Shown here: one piece after another, positions 38,261-47,900 of the stretch
How the letters are laid out: every line of letters begins with the position of its first letter
Position numbering within the stretch: position 1 is the stretch's first letter
DNA from: a virus
Direction: 5' to 3' (one strand)
Virus record (IMG/VR): IMGVR_UViG_3300008255_000099
Span: 119,412 to 183,411 of that record
DNA length: 64,000 nucleotides
Notes under the pieces: model-generated
The model's input: only the letters and a program-made list of their open reading frames with translations
What the model was told of the DNA's origin: nothing
Databases searched by the model: none
Made by a program: the position numbers and the translations under genes

Positions 38261-39223
38261 TTATTCTGATGAAATTATTGACTGAAGTTCATCAATAACA
38301 ATTGCTATTTCTTCCTCAGAAGCATCCATCTCTTTTGCAAATTTTATAAAATCTTGACATGGATCATCTGATTTTTCTTGAACATTTCTAACTCGTAGTT
38401 CAGCTATCTTCTCTCTTAAAGATTTTGCATCTAATCTTCGTTCTTTATTTACTTGAACTTTATTTAAATCAAAAATATCCTCTGAATTTTTTGCTGATTG
38501 TAATGGTTTGTACTCAATAGATATTTGATCTTTATCAACATCAACAACAGCAATTTGAATTTGTCTCTCAATATTAGCTTGAATTGCACTTATTCTGCAA
38601 AGACTACCAGGATTTGCAAAAACCACATCATCTTCTCTAATAATTGGTGAATTTCCCGGATGATAATGCCCACTTATCACAAGTTTTGTGTTTTCATGTG
38701 TTTGAAAATCATTAATTAAAACATAATTGCCTTCAAAAAATGGATTTTCCAAAATATTTGCGTGCATAGCATAAATCAGAGCATCATTAGAAGACCAGTC
38801 TTGTTCTTCTATTTTGTTAATGTAATGTCCACAAAAAATAGAATATTTCTCTATGAAAGTTTCACATTTTACAATTCCAGAATCAATCAAAGTGCCCAAT
38901 GCTGTCCTATAAATAGTGTCTGGGTTTTGTCCTGAAATATCATGATTCCCTACTACGACATATTTATCAAAAGACCAAGGGTTTCCGTCGGGTTTTTTAT
39001 TAAATAGATTCAGGACCTCATTCCGAACAGAGCCAGAGGGTTCCTCTCTATCAAAGATATCACCAAGAAAAATAACACCATCACATTTAATCTCCTCTGC
39101 CATCAAAAGAGACTCAATGACTAATGATTTTAATTCTTGTCGATAATCATCTTTTCTATTTATTGGGTTTTCCCATCTCCAATGGATATCACCAATAAAC
39201 ATAATCTTATATTTTTCTAGCAT
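38261..39223 (-). CDS. sbcD: SbcD/Mre11 metallophosphoesterase nuclease
   Basis: FIGDIHW; FLGDIFD; VVGNHD; AMH; SGHYH; NPGSL. Confidence 0.92.
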   Translation of the reverse strand: MLEKYKIMFIGDIHWRWENPINRKDDYRQELKSLVIESLLMAEEIKCDGVIFLGDIFDREEPSGSVRNEVLNLFNKKPDGNPWSFDKYVVVGNHDISGQNPDTIYRTALGTLIDSGIVKCETFIEKYSIFCGHYINKIEEQDWSSNDALIYAMHANILENPFFEGNYVLINDFQTHENTKLVISGHYHPGNSPIIREDDVVFANPGSLCRISAIQANIERQIQIAVVDVDKDQISIEYKPLQSAKNSEDIFDLNKVQVNKERRLDAKSLREKIAELRVRNVQEKSDDPCQDFIKFAKEMDASEEEIAIVIDELQSIISSE

Positions 39224-39232
39224 TTAAAAACC

Positions 39233-39553
39233 TCACAAACTTAAATTCTTAAAACAACCCTGATCCACATAAAGTTTTTGTCCTTCTCTTTCTAAATTAA
39301 TTAATCTAAATTGTTTAATAGTTATTTTTTGAAATCCAATTGTTTTATTCATCTCTGTCTTCTCGCCCAGGTTATAACACCTTCCTTCTACAATAATCAT
39401 TTCTGAAAGAGAAATTTTCGGATCTTTTATTTTTTTTAAAAATTCATTCCCTTCTTCATTTGAGACAACAATAGAAAAAGAGTTTCCTTCTGTTTGAATA
39501 TTTAAATAGACCCCATCCTCGTTCAGAAAACTTTCATAGTAGCTAGATGACAC
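39233..39553 (-). CDS. hypothetical protein
   Basis: 106 aa ORF in the sbcCD cluster. Confidence 0.65.
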   Translation of the reverse strand: MSSSYYESFLNEDGVYLNIQTEGNSFSIVVSNEEGNEFLKKIKDPKISLSEMIIVEGRCYNLGEKTEMNKTIGFQKITIKQFRLINLEREGQKLYVDQGCFKNLSL

Positions 39554-39577
39554 GTCACTTCTCCTGTTTGCTAAAAT

Positions 39578-40798
39578 CTAAATCTTTTTCATAACATTTT
39601 GAACACTAATTTCATCTAACTCTTGCTCGCAAGTCGGGCACTTACCAAATTTTTTAATCAATTCTATAATAAAATTGTGTTGCTCCTCAATCAATCTGTC
39701 CCTATTTTCAGATTCTAATTGCAAACTATTTTTATTGTCTTTTATTTTTTTATCAACAATGTTCGATTTGCTGAAAATTGTTCTAGCTTCTTTTATTAAA
39801 TCTATTAAACTTTGAATCTCTGAAACATCAATCCCAGCAATTCTTTCGTTTTTTTCTAAAAATACATCTATTTTATTCTGCTTATCTTCAATTAAAGATA
39901 ATTTGTTTATAATATAAATTGCTGATTCTAAATTTTGTGCATCTTTCTCTATTTCAGATATAATTTTAGAATTTTTTAGAATTTCTTTGTTTAGATCTAA
40001 TTCTTCTTTGATTAATGTTTCTTTTTGCTTTATTTTTATTGCACGGCCCAACAAATTACTTGCATCGTTGATGCTTAACTCTTTGTTTTTTAATATAGAT
40101 ATTTTTGGAGAAATATCTTTTGATAAAAATTCAATTGCTCTTGAAGAATCTTCGGTCTCAGAAAACTCTATTTCTAATTCATCAATTCGTTGTTTAATTA
40201 TTTTTTCTTCTGTTACCAATTCACCTTTTGGGTGTACTTTTCTATTTAGATTTTTTAAGACATCCTCAAAATATTCAACACCATTAATTCTATTTAACAA
40301 AGAAGATAATCCAGCCCCTTGAAACTCTAATGCTAATGGAGAATTAAGTTGCGGAAGATAATTCATTTCAATATTTCTATTCCCAAAAGAAATCTTATCA
40401 AAACCAAGTACACTTTTTACTTCTTCTGGGACACCGACACCAAATCCATTGAGTTCAATTGAAACATCTTCTGGATTTGTTACAACATATCTATTAACTC
40501 CTCCATTACCACGAGTTTTGGCCCTCTCAATTTTATATCCATTTGATAATTTTAGTTCTACACTACAGACAAAATTTTTGTTTGTTTTTGATGATAATTG
40601 ATTAACATATTCATTGTCGATTCTAACGAAATCGTCGCCGGACGGCTCATTGTAACACACCCACCGGAGAGCACGCATAACGGCTGATTTTCCAGAATCA
40701 GAATCTCCTATCAGAACATTAATTCCTGGAGAAAATTTAAAAAAACTTTCTTTATGACTTTCAAAATTGCAAATCCTCAAAGATTCGAACCAAATCAT
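39578..40798 (-). CDS. sbcC: SbcC/Rad50 ATPase, N-terminal half ending at the zinc hook
   Basis: LRICNFESH; INVLIGDSDSGKSAVMRAL; Q-loop YLPQ; coiled coil; CPTC near C-terminus. Confidence 0.88.
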   Translation of the reverse strand: MIWFESLRICNFESHKESFFKFSPGINVLIGDSDSGKSAVMRALRWVCYNEPSGDDFVRIDNEYVNQLSSKTNKNFVCSVELKLSNGYKIERAKTRGNGGVNRYVVTNPEDVSIELNGFGVGVPEEVKSVLGFDKISFGNRNIEMNYLPQLNSPLALEFQGAGLSSLLNRINGVEYFEDVLKNLNRKVHPKGELVTEEKIIKQRIDELEIEFSETEDSSRAIEFLSKDISPKISILKNKELSINDASNLLGRAIKIKQKETLIKEELDLNKEILKNSKIISEIEKDAQNLESAIYIINKLSLIEDKQNKIDVFLEKNERIAGIDVSEIQSLIDLIKEARTIFSKSNIVDKKIKDNKNSLQLESENRDRLIEEQHNFIIELIKKFGKCPTCEQELDEISVQNVMKKI

Positions 40799-41333
40799 TA
40801 TTTTTCCCTTCTAATTTTTCATCCTCAAAATCTATTATCAAAGAATCAAACTCCGAGGTTCTAGGTGACAAAATATCCCTGATGTTAACACTAGGATTAT
40901 AGTCCCAAACCTCGAACCTATCCAAAAATAGCTGTCGTGGAATTAAAAATCCCTTTTCGTTCTCTGGCCCAGATCCCCAATTTTTAATGTGGTCACAGAT
41001 AGTTAGGTTTTCTAATGAAGTTTCATGATCACATAAATCACAATATAAAATCTCACAAGAAAATTTTGGATAATAAATAAAATCATAATTTATGTATTTG
41101 AATATAATTGGATAAATCTCAGATTCTATAATGATTGAAAATTCTGAATTATCTTTGAAAATTGCGACAATTTCACCTATTTTTATATTTGTCTTTTTGT
41201 AAAAGATAGGAAATATCTTCTGGGATGTTTGTGTTAGTTGTAATAGGATTTGATTGTAACTGTCTGCGTCTATTTTCAATCCGTAATTCTTGATTTCGCC
41301 TTTTGATATAATTTTTAGAGACTCTCTCAACAT
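40761..41333 (-). CDS. hypothetical protein with Cys/His cluster (CDLC...CDH)
   Basis: Likely start MLRESLK at 41333 after a GAGGAG RBS; FSCEILYCDLCDH...ICDHIK loosely recalls Cys motifs of some phage prohead proteases. Confidence 0.55.
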   Translation of the reverse strand: MLRESLKIISKGEIKNYGLKIDADSYNQILLQLTQTSQKIFPIFYKKTNIKIGEIVAIFKDNSEFSIIIESEIYPIIFKYINYDFIYYPKFSCEILYCDLCDHETSLENLTICDHIKNWGSGPENEKGFLIPRQLFLDRFEVWDYNPSVNIRDILSPRTSEFDSLIIDFEDEKLEGKNNDLVRIFEDLQF

Positions 41334-42072
41334 CTTCTCCTCTGTTAAGATCGACGACATCAGGATAGAGCCCATTATCTTTTTTCTCTGATCTATTTTC
41401 TTCGAAATTGTTTCTATATTCATAATCTATTTCTTTTTTAATTTGACTTATTTCTTCTGCTATCATTGTAGCTTTTTTTTCACTACTTATTTTTGTACCT
41501 TGCAACTCTTGGATGTCAGAAGATAATTCTAATATTCTGTTAAAATTATTTGCAAGATCCTCAAATTTATTTAGAATTTCTTTGGTAATAATATAACAAG
41601 CAACATTAGTATCAAAAATAACATTGATTTCAGATTCTATGATTGTCTTTCTAATATCCTTCACATCATTTTTGATTATCTCTTTTAATAAAAAATTTGT
41701 TCCAAATAAAAAATTAAGACTAACTGTTTCTGCGTTATTTTTTAATTCCATCGTTTCAAATTGTGATTTTTTGAATTTTTTAAATTCTGTCTTTTCATTT
41801 GGTGCTTCTAATGCAACCCGGATAGGAATTGAGACAATAGAATCGTTTTCCAACGGTCTAACATTAAAATATTCAATAAAGCCAGATGGCGTAGCCAAAC
41901 CAGCAGACATGATAATAACTCTATCGTTTATTTTTAGATTTTTTGATTCTTCTAAAAATTCAGAGATTCTATCTAGATTTACATATGTGTTTTCATAAAC
42001 TTCTGATGGTAAAAATTTAAGAGTCGTTTCAAAATTTTCTTTTGAACCAATTATGAATATTTTAGTTTCCAT
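41173..42072 (-). CDS. hypothetical protein
   Basis: 299 aa, GGAGA RBS, upstream TGTATAAT; C-terminal tail overlaps the next gene. Confidence 0.7.
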   Translation of the reverse strand: METKIFIIGSKENFETTLKFLPSEVYENTYVNLDRISEFLEESKNLKINDRVIIMSAGLATPSGFIEYFNVRPLENDSIVSIPIRVALEAPNEKTEFKKFKKSQFETMELKNNAETVSLNFLFGTNFLLKEIIKNDVKDIRKTIIESEINVIFDTNVACYIITKEILNKFEDLANNFNRILELSSDIQELQGTKISSEKKATMIAEEISQIKKEIDYEYRNNFEENRSEKKDNGLYPDVVDLNRGEDVERVSKNYIKRRNQELRIENRRRQLQSNPITTNTNIPEDISYLLQKDKYKNR

Positions 42073-42151
42073 TTTTCTCCATTCTATTTTTTGTTCTATT
42101 ATACATCTAACAAAGCAGGAAATTATCTAAGTTGTTGTTAATTAATAAAAA

Positions 42152-42364
42152 ATGGAGTTAATTATGGCAAGAATTATTCTTGAAAAAGATCAGGTTTTGA
42201 ATATGTTATATGAAATGTATGCCACCGTCTCACCAGCAGATCAAGGAGAAGAAGTGTCTGATAAATTCAGAAAGAAATGGGAAGCATTAGTCTTCTTCAT
42301 AGATCATGCTCCTCTTGAAAAATCTGGTGGTTCATTACCAAAAATGGTAGCCAGAAGAGGCTAA
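42152..42364 (+). CDS. hypothetical protein
   Basis: 70 aa; start may be ATG 42164 after GGAG. Confidence 0.65.
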   Translation: MELIMARIILEKDQVLNMLYEMYATVSPADQGEEVSDKFRKKWEALVFFIDHAPLEKSGGSLPKMVARRG

Positions 42365-42819
42365 ATATTTATTTCATCAAATAAAGAAAGTCCTGGTAAA
42401 CATTTGTAGTTATCGATAGATTCTACTTCGTATGAACATTTTTTTATCTTCTCTGATATCTCTGAATATTTAAATTGCTCTTTTGTCATTTCAGATATAT
42501 TATTCATACTATTTTTAATATAACTTAAACAATCTGTAAGAGTTCTTGCTAAAACAATATTAAGTATCTTATAGATTTCTTCATCAGTGATATATTTTAT
42601 TTCAGAATTATAATTATATAATCCTCCACAAATTCTGATAGATCGTGAAATCATAAATTTAATTCTTTCTTTTTGTAAATTTGGGAATTTTTTTGAAATT
42701 AATAAGAAACAAGAAATTTCTAATAGTTTTTCCAATTCTATGATATTATCATATTCTAAACATGAAAAAAATATTGGTTCTTCTTTTTTACTAAATTTCC
42801 ACTCAATTTTTCTTATCAT
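42361..42819 (-). CDS. hypothetical protein
   Basis: 152 aa ORF. Confidence 0.65.
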   Translation of the reverse strand: MIRKIEWKFSKKEEPIFFSCLEYDNIIELEKLLEISCFLLISKKFPNLQKERIKFMISRSIRICGGLYNYNSEIKYITDEEIYKILNIVLARTLTDCLSYIKNSMNNISEMTKEQFKYSEISEKIKKCSYEVESIDNYKCLPGLSLFDEINI

Positions 42820-43801
42820 TTCTATAATCTTTTAATCTTTTCTTTCTTTTAGAAAAAGATTCCCTTCTTTTTTCTTGGTTGTTTTTTAAATTCTTTTTAT
42901 ATTCATCAAAATATTCATTTGTTTTATCCTGTGGGATTTCGACTTTCCACTCAAATCCACATTTATTGCAGGCGCAAACACTTAATCCTGTGTAACAAAT
43001 ATCTGAAGATCCACAATCTGGACATTCCTTTTCCCAATCAGACCAATCATCAAAATCATTTTCATCAATTTCTATATATTCATATGAAACAGATTCATCT
43101 TCTTCTCTTAAATTAATTTCATCGTTAATATTTTTTATAGTTCTAAACATTTCTTGTGAATTTTCTATAAACAATGTGTTTTCTCTATTTAAAGATTTTT
43201 CATAGCTATTTGCCATGCTAATAATATCTTTTGCTGAACTTTCTACTTCTAAATCTACCTTTTCCATTGTGTTAATGTCCTTTTTTTCTTTCAAAAAGTT
43301 ATTAAATTTATTTTTTATAATATCTCTTGCAGAAAGTTCCACTTTATCTGCAAAAACTTTTAAATAAGATGTTATGATATCAATGTCCTCATCTGATTCC
43401 TGATCTATATTATCAAAATCCGGTTCAACGACTAAAATGTCTTTAACAATTAAATTTAAATTTTCATAAATATAATCTAATTCTCTAAAAATCTGTCCAT
43501 ATGGCAATCCCTCTTTAATGCTTCTTGTCACCTTACTGGAAAGATGAATCAAAGAAGCATTAAAACAAGCATTGCTAAAATTTTCTTTGTTGATTAAAGA
43601 TAACTTTTGATCATTCTCATAGTCTATCCACGAAATGATAAAATTAGCATCAGAATAAACTCCAGATCCTTCAGAATCAACAACACTAAAATCTTTTGTT
43701 TTAGAATACGAAGATGAATCTAAAATGTTAATATACTTTAGAATATTTAACTGATCATAGAATTTCTCTTTGCACAAATCTAGAAAATTTTCACACAACA
43801 T
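42803..43801 (-). CDS. hypothetical protein with C-terminal zinc ribbon
   Basis: CPDCGSSDICYTGLSVCACNKCGFEW. Confidence 0.7.
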   Translation of the reverse strand: MLCENFLDLCKEKFYDQLNILKYINILDSSSYSKTKDFSVVDSEGSGVYSDANFIISWIDYENDQKLSLINKENFSNACFNASLIHLSSKVTRSIKEGLPYGQIFRELDYIYENLNLIVKDILVVEPDFDNIDQESDEDIDIITSYLKVFADKVELSARDIIKNKFNNFLKEKKDINTMEKVDLEVESSAKDIISMANSYEKSLNRENTLFIENSQEMFRTIKNINDEINLREEDESVSYEYIEIDENDFDDWSDWEKECPDCGSSDICYTGLSVCACNKCGFEWKVEIPQDKTNEYFDEYKKNLKNNQEKRRESFSKRKKRLKDYRNDKKN

Positions 43802-43887
43802 TTTTCAGCCCCTTTTTTGATATATTAAAGGATATCAATTTCTTTTTAGTAATTATATGGTAAAAGTTGCGTACTTGGAGGATTTCG

Positions 43888-44355
43888 ATGGATAATTATG
43901 ATAATTTTCAAATAGAATATTGGAAAGCTATAAAAAATAATAACCCACAAATGGCAGAATTAATTAATAGAGAATTGCAATCGACAATTAAAAAAGAATC
44001 TATTAACAAAAAGAACAATTTAATTAAAAGCTCTCAAATAAAAGAAGCACAAAAAATAATTGAAGATATCAATGGTATAGAAAATAAATTATCATTTTTT
44101 ATAGAAAAAGACCCAACAGATTCTACCAAATGTGCTTTAAATTTGTTAGAGGCAACAACTAAAGAAAGAAACAACATAATTAAATATTCATCTAATAAAA
44201 AATCAGATTTATATAAAATGGTTATTTCTTCGAATGAAGATTTAGAAAGAGATTTAATAGAATCCAATGATCCTAGAGAAAATTTAGTAGATTTTTCTAT
44301 GTCTTTGAATCTATTAAGATCATCTTTATTAAATAGAATCGATAAAATCAATTAA
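43888..44355 (+). CDS. hypothetical protein
   Basis: ORF track 43867..44355; ATG 43888 with GGAGG RBS. Confidence 0.7.
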   Translation: MDNYDNFQIEYWKAIKNNNPQMAELINRELQSTIKKESINKKNNLIKSSQIKEAQKIIEDINGIENKLSFFIEKDPTDSTKCALNLLEATTKERNNIIKYSSNKKSDLYKMVISSNEDLERDLIESNDPRENLVDFSMSLNLLRSSLLNRIDKIN

Positions 44356-44669
44356 TCGTTTTCATCTTCTTCAACTTCTTCAATAGGATCGTTTTCATCT
44401 TCTGGTGTGAATAGTATTTCTAATTCATCATCTGGAAAAGTTAAAATAGTAGATCCGATTAAAGCTCTTTTGAATGGCATTAAATTTTCATTTATTCTAT
44501 TGTTAGATTCAATAAGATTAGCCATTCCTCTTATTATTTTATCATTTTGTTTCTTTATCTCTGATAAAAGCATTACCATTGTTGATAATAATTTTTGATT
44601 ATTATCAACTTCTTCGCTATTAAAAATTTCGTTAAGTTCAGCTAATGTCAATTTCGGTTTTTTATCCAT
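44352..44669 (-). CDS. hypothetical coiled-coil protein with acidic tail
   Basis: 105 aa, AAGGAAG RBS. Confidence 0.7.
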   Translation of the reverse strand: MDKKPKLTLAELNEIFNSEEVDNNQKLLSTMVMLLSEIKKQNDKIIRGMANLIESNNRINENLMPFKRALIGSTILTFPDDELEILFTPEDENDPIEEVEEDEND

Positions 44670-45195
44670 TTTTCTTCCTTACAACAATGTCGTTTGAGTC
44701 TATGCTTTGATTATTTTCTATCTCATTAAAAGAAATCCCAGAAATTAAACAAGAATCTTTATTCTCCAAACCTCTTGTTAAACATTCTGATAAAACAAAG
44801 AATGTTTTTGTTTTAGATAAAATTGTTGTCCATTTATTAGAGATATTAATCACTTTTCCTAAAAAATAGGTTCTTTTTTGTTCTTCTTCTTTTCCAAAGA
44901 AAATTTCTTTTCCTGAAAGCCCACATTCTAAACATTTTATTGCTTTAATTTCTCCAGAGGCAACCGCAACCCCGCCAATGACGAGCCTGGAATCCGTGCC
45001 CCTTGCGATCTGTGGTACAATAGCAGAGCAGGACAAACTACAATTATCCATGAAAATATAGAATTTTTTACCACAACGAACATCGCTACCACATTGCGGG
45101 CAAATTATTTTATCTATTTTTTCATTTAAAAAATCTGAAAATGATTTCTTTTCAATTGGAATAGAATATTTTGAATCTTTGAAGGAATTTTCCAT
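44662..45195 (-). CDS. hypothetical zinc-ribbon protein
   Basis: CPQCG...CLECG; ATG 45195 lies 6 nt after TATAAT (possible leaderless start). Confidence 0.65.
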   Translation of the reverse strand: MENSFKDSKYSIPIEKKSFSDFLNEKIDKIICPQCGSDVRCGKKFYIFMDNCSLSCSAIVPQIARGTDSRLVIGGVAVASGEIKAIKCLECGLSGKEIFFGKEEEQKRTYFLGKVINISNKWTTILSKTKTFFVLSECLTRGLENKDSCLISGISFNEIENNQSIDSNDIVVRKKNG

Positions 45196-45227
45196 ATGAT
45201 CATTATACGCCAAAAAGCGAGGAGGCC

Positions 45228-46133
45228 ATGATGGAAATCCTGAAAATGAAGCCGAACGAAATCGGCTACGACGAGATGGAATATCTTAGACTAAACAATG
45301 CAATTCCAGAATTTAATGATTTCTTTGATTCAGATGGAAAAGAGATTGATCATGATTCACCATGGCACGACGAAACACTTTGGGAACATGTCAAATTGGT
45401 CTGTGAAGCTGGATTAAAATTTAACCCATTTGAAAGTTGGCAAAGAGAAAGTAATCTTTTTGCGATTTGTGTAATTTGGCATGATCATGCTAAACCAAAA
45501 ACTAGAAAACCAAAAACAAGATATATCTGCAACAACTGCGGCGCAAGCAATACAAAACCATTAGATCTATGCAAGAAATGTAACACAATAGATAAAACAG
45601 AAAAAATAGTCATGGGATATCATGGGCATGAAAAATTAGGATCAGAGACAGTTGAAGAGCTTTTAGAAAATCATAAATTTGATTTATCAAAAAATGAAAT
45701 TAAAATAATTAAAATCGTAATCAAAAATCATTTGCTTGTTCATGAATTAATTTTTGATTATACAAATGGAAATATCAATCCGAAAAAATGGTTAAAGTTT
45801 TTTGGCTCATTTTGTCAAAATCCGACTGTTTTAAAAATGGCTATTTGTTTGTCCTTGGCTGACAACGAAGGAAGAATTTGTAATGCCCCATCAAATTATG
45901 AATCTGATAAAATTGATGATATAGATTATTTTGTTTCTAGAATAATGGAAGAAACCAAAACAAAAAGAACCCGCCCGAGCGACAACTTGTCGCCCGAGCA
46001 GGTTCAAACAATCAAAGAAATTGTTAAAATAACTATCCCAGATTATGCCTTACTAGACAAATCATCATTGTTTAAATACCTAGCAAAAAACGATAGACAA
46101 GATTTAATCAAAAAAATTCTTGAACAATTATGA
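45228..46133 (+). CDS. HD-domain phosphohydrolase with zinc-ribbon insert
   Basis: WHDETLWEH; WHDHAK; inserted CNNC...CKKC; YHGHEKLG; KNHL; ADNEGR. Confidence 0.8.
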   Translation: MMEILKMKPNEIGYDEMEYLRLNNAIPEFNDFFDSDGKEIDHDSPWHDETLWEHVKLVCEAGLKFNPFESWQRESNLFAICVIWHDHAKPKTRKPKTRYICNNCGASNTKPLDLCKKCNTIDKTEKIVMGYHGHEKLGSETVEELLENHKFDLSKNEIKIIKIVIKNHLLVHELIFDYTNGNINPKKWLKFFGSFCQNPTVLKMAICLSLADNEGRICNAPSNYESDKIDDIDYFVSRIMEETKTKRTRPSDNLSPEQVQTIKEIVKITIPDYALLDKSSLFKYLAKNDRQDLIKKILEQL

Positions 46134-47360
46134 AGTTAAAGAATGATTTGTCCCTTGTTCACCATCAACGGGCTCTAAAAGAATTTTACTAAAGATTCTT
46201 TCTGTTGCCTTTTTTATTTTTGTTTCTTTGTTGTCAACAATTGCAAACAACAAGTCTTTATAAAGATGTTGATTGGCTTGTAAAGCAAATTTTTTCTTAA
46301 AAGTTTTATTCAACTCGTCAGATTCAATTAGATTATCTTTTTTCCATTGCTCAATCCATCGGTTTGCTTCTAAAATTTCTAACTCAAATTTTTGTTTTCT
46401 AATCAAATAAAACTCAAGCCAATCCTCTGCTTGTGTCAACCAATCAACATCAAAATCTCTTAAAACCATAGATTCTTTCATTTGTTCAACGGTTGTAACA
46501 CCATCATCTTCACACATTTGAACAAATCCCTCAAAATCAAATTTGAATCTTAATCTGTGCCTTTGAAGATATACATCTGTTTTTATTCTGCACATCCAAC
46601 CAGTTTTTTGATCACGAACAACAACGCCTTCGTTGCCCCACTGATCTTTTTCTTCTAATTCGTTTAATTCATTTTTTAATGTTTTTAATTTAGTTGTTTC
46701 AAGATTTGTAATCCTTGCAACTAAATTTAATTTTCCTTCTAATGATAAGTCTTCTAATTCATCCCAAGAAAACATTCTGTGATTTTCTCTTTCTTTAGCA
46801 TGAAGAAGAACTAAATCTTCAGAATTGTATTTTATAACAATAAAGTTGATTGGTGAAATAAACTCAAAAAAGATATCTAATTCTGGATGCCAGTTAGGAT
46901 CTAGTAAGATCGGGTATTTTGATTTTATCAAAGACATCACAGGCTGCTCAAAGTCATTCAACTGATGAGAGCCACGAGTTCTTAATAAAACTTTCCCTTG
47001 ATAAACAGATCTGATTATCAAAGAACCATCTTCTTTGACTGTGATAATTGCGTCCCCAGATGCAATAGATCTAGAAATTGTAACATCTATTACAGACAAA
47101 GCCCCTGATGTCCCATCCCCACCAACACCATAATCTTGGAATTTTGGCAAACCACCTGAAACTTCAACCCCACTTTCATCAACAAGGGATGAACGCCAGT
47201 GCAATTCTGAATTGACTCCAAATGGATCAGATTTATCATAATTCCAAGTGTATTTTGAAAAATGAGGGACAATCAAAAATAAATCTTGATCTGTTATTTT
47301 TTTAATCATAAAACCACGAGTCACTGTTTCATCATTGTTGTTCCACCAAGGAAACTTCAT
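46128..47360 (-). CDS. RNA ligase, T4 Rnl1-like
   Basis: GLPKF; motif I KEDGSLI; RTRGS; FFEFISP; LVLLHAKERE; EGVVV; RIKTDVY. Confidence 0.85.
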   Translation of the reverse strand: MKFPWWNNNDETVTRGFMIKKITDQDLFLIVPHFSKYTWNYDKSDPFGVNSELHWRSSLVDESGVEVSGGLPKFQDYGVGGDGTSGALSVIDVTISRSIASGDAIITVKEDGSLIIRSVYQGKVLLRTRGSHQLNDFEQPVMSLIKSKYPILLDPNWHPELDIFFEFISPINFIVIKYNSEDLVLLHAKERENHRMFSWDELEDLSLEGKLNLVARITNLETTKLKTLKNELNELEEKDQWGNEGVVVRDQKTGWMCRIKTDVYLQRHRLRFKFDFEGFVQMCEDDGVTTVEQMKESMVLRDFDVDWLTQAEDWLEFYLIRKQKFELEILEANRWIEQWKKDNLIESDELNKTFKKKFALQANQHLYKDLLFAIVDNKETKIKKATERIFSKILLEPVDGEQGTNHSLTS

Positions 47361-47436
47361 GTTTGTCCTCTTCCTTCTTTTTTAAATCACGCAAATGATT
47401 TAAACCAAAATTTCGTCCAATCCAAATCTTACCAGA

Positions 47437-47465
47437 ATCGTAACACAGAATCCCGGCGGCGTCAA
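47437..47465 (-). promoter_or_regulatory. sigma70-type promoter for the Rnl1-like ligase
   Basis: TTGACG-17 nt-TACGAT on minus strand. Confidence 0.75.
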
Positions 47466-47514
47466 GTAGATACCATTTTGGAAAAATAAAAATTGGACCA
47501 AACCATGGACCAAA

Positions 47515-47559
47515 AAAAATGGTTTTGTTTAACTTTTTAAGTTAAACAAAACCATTTTT
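47515..47559 (-). terminator. 21-bp perfect hairpin, terminator of the small membrane gene
   Basis: AAAAATGGTTTTGTTTAACTT-TTT-AAGTTAAACAAAACCATTTTT; T-run follows on minus strand. Confidence 0.8.
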
Positions 47560-47575
47560 GATCAATTTTTTGTGT

Positions 47576-47728
47576 TTAACGGACCCAATGTCCATGACTA
47601 CCAATAAGTTTGGAAACAATGACCACGAGAGCAACAACAAGTAGGATATGAATCAACCCACCGCCTACACCTGTCCCCAAACCTAGACCCCAAAAGATAA
47701 TTAACAGAATAATCAAAGTTTCTAACAT
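47576..47728 (-). CDS. lmo0937/DUF5670-like small membrane protein (50 aa, missed by ORF track)
   Basis: Manual translation MLETLIILLIIFWGLGLGTGVGGGLIHILLVVALVVIVSKLIGSHGHWVR; GGGGG RBS; matches the W.LG.....GG.IHILLV.A..V pattern. Confidence 0.8.
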   Translation of the reverse strand: MLETLIILLIIFWGLGLGTGVGGGLIHILLVVALVVIVSKLIGSHGHWVR

Positions 47729-47739
47729 CTTGCCCCCCT

Positions 47740-47769
47740 AAATACCGATAAATACCGATAAATACCGAC
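47740..47769. repeat. 10-bp tandem repeat x3
   Basis: AAATACCGAT AAATACCGAT AAATACCGAC just upstream of the RBS of the small membrane gene. Confidence 0.9.
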
Positions 47770-47900
47770 AAGTATCTATTCCTATGTGAAATGAGAATAC
47801 CTCTATTAGAACAAAAACACACTTTAACACCGATTGCTACCATAAAACAAAAACTCTCTAAAAAGGATGTTGTGAATTTTCCCGAGAATTAAAAAACATC

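Noticed and set aside
47360-47900. Replication origin in the 540-bp gap
   Set aside because: Explained by a promoter, a terminator hairpin and a small membrane gene; no DnaA boxes or clear unwinding element
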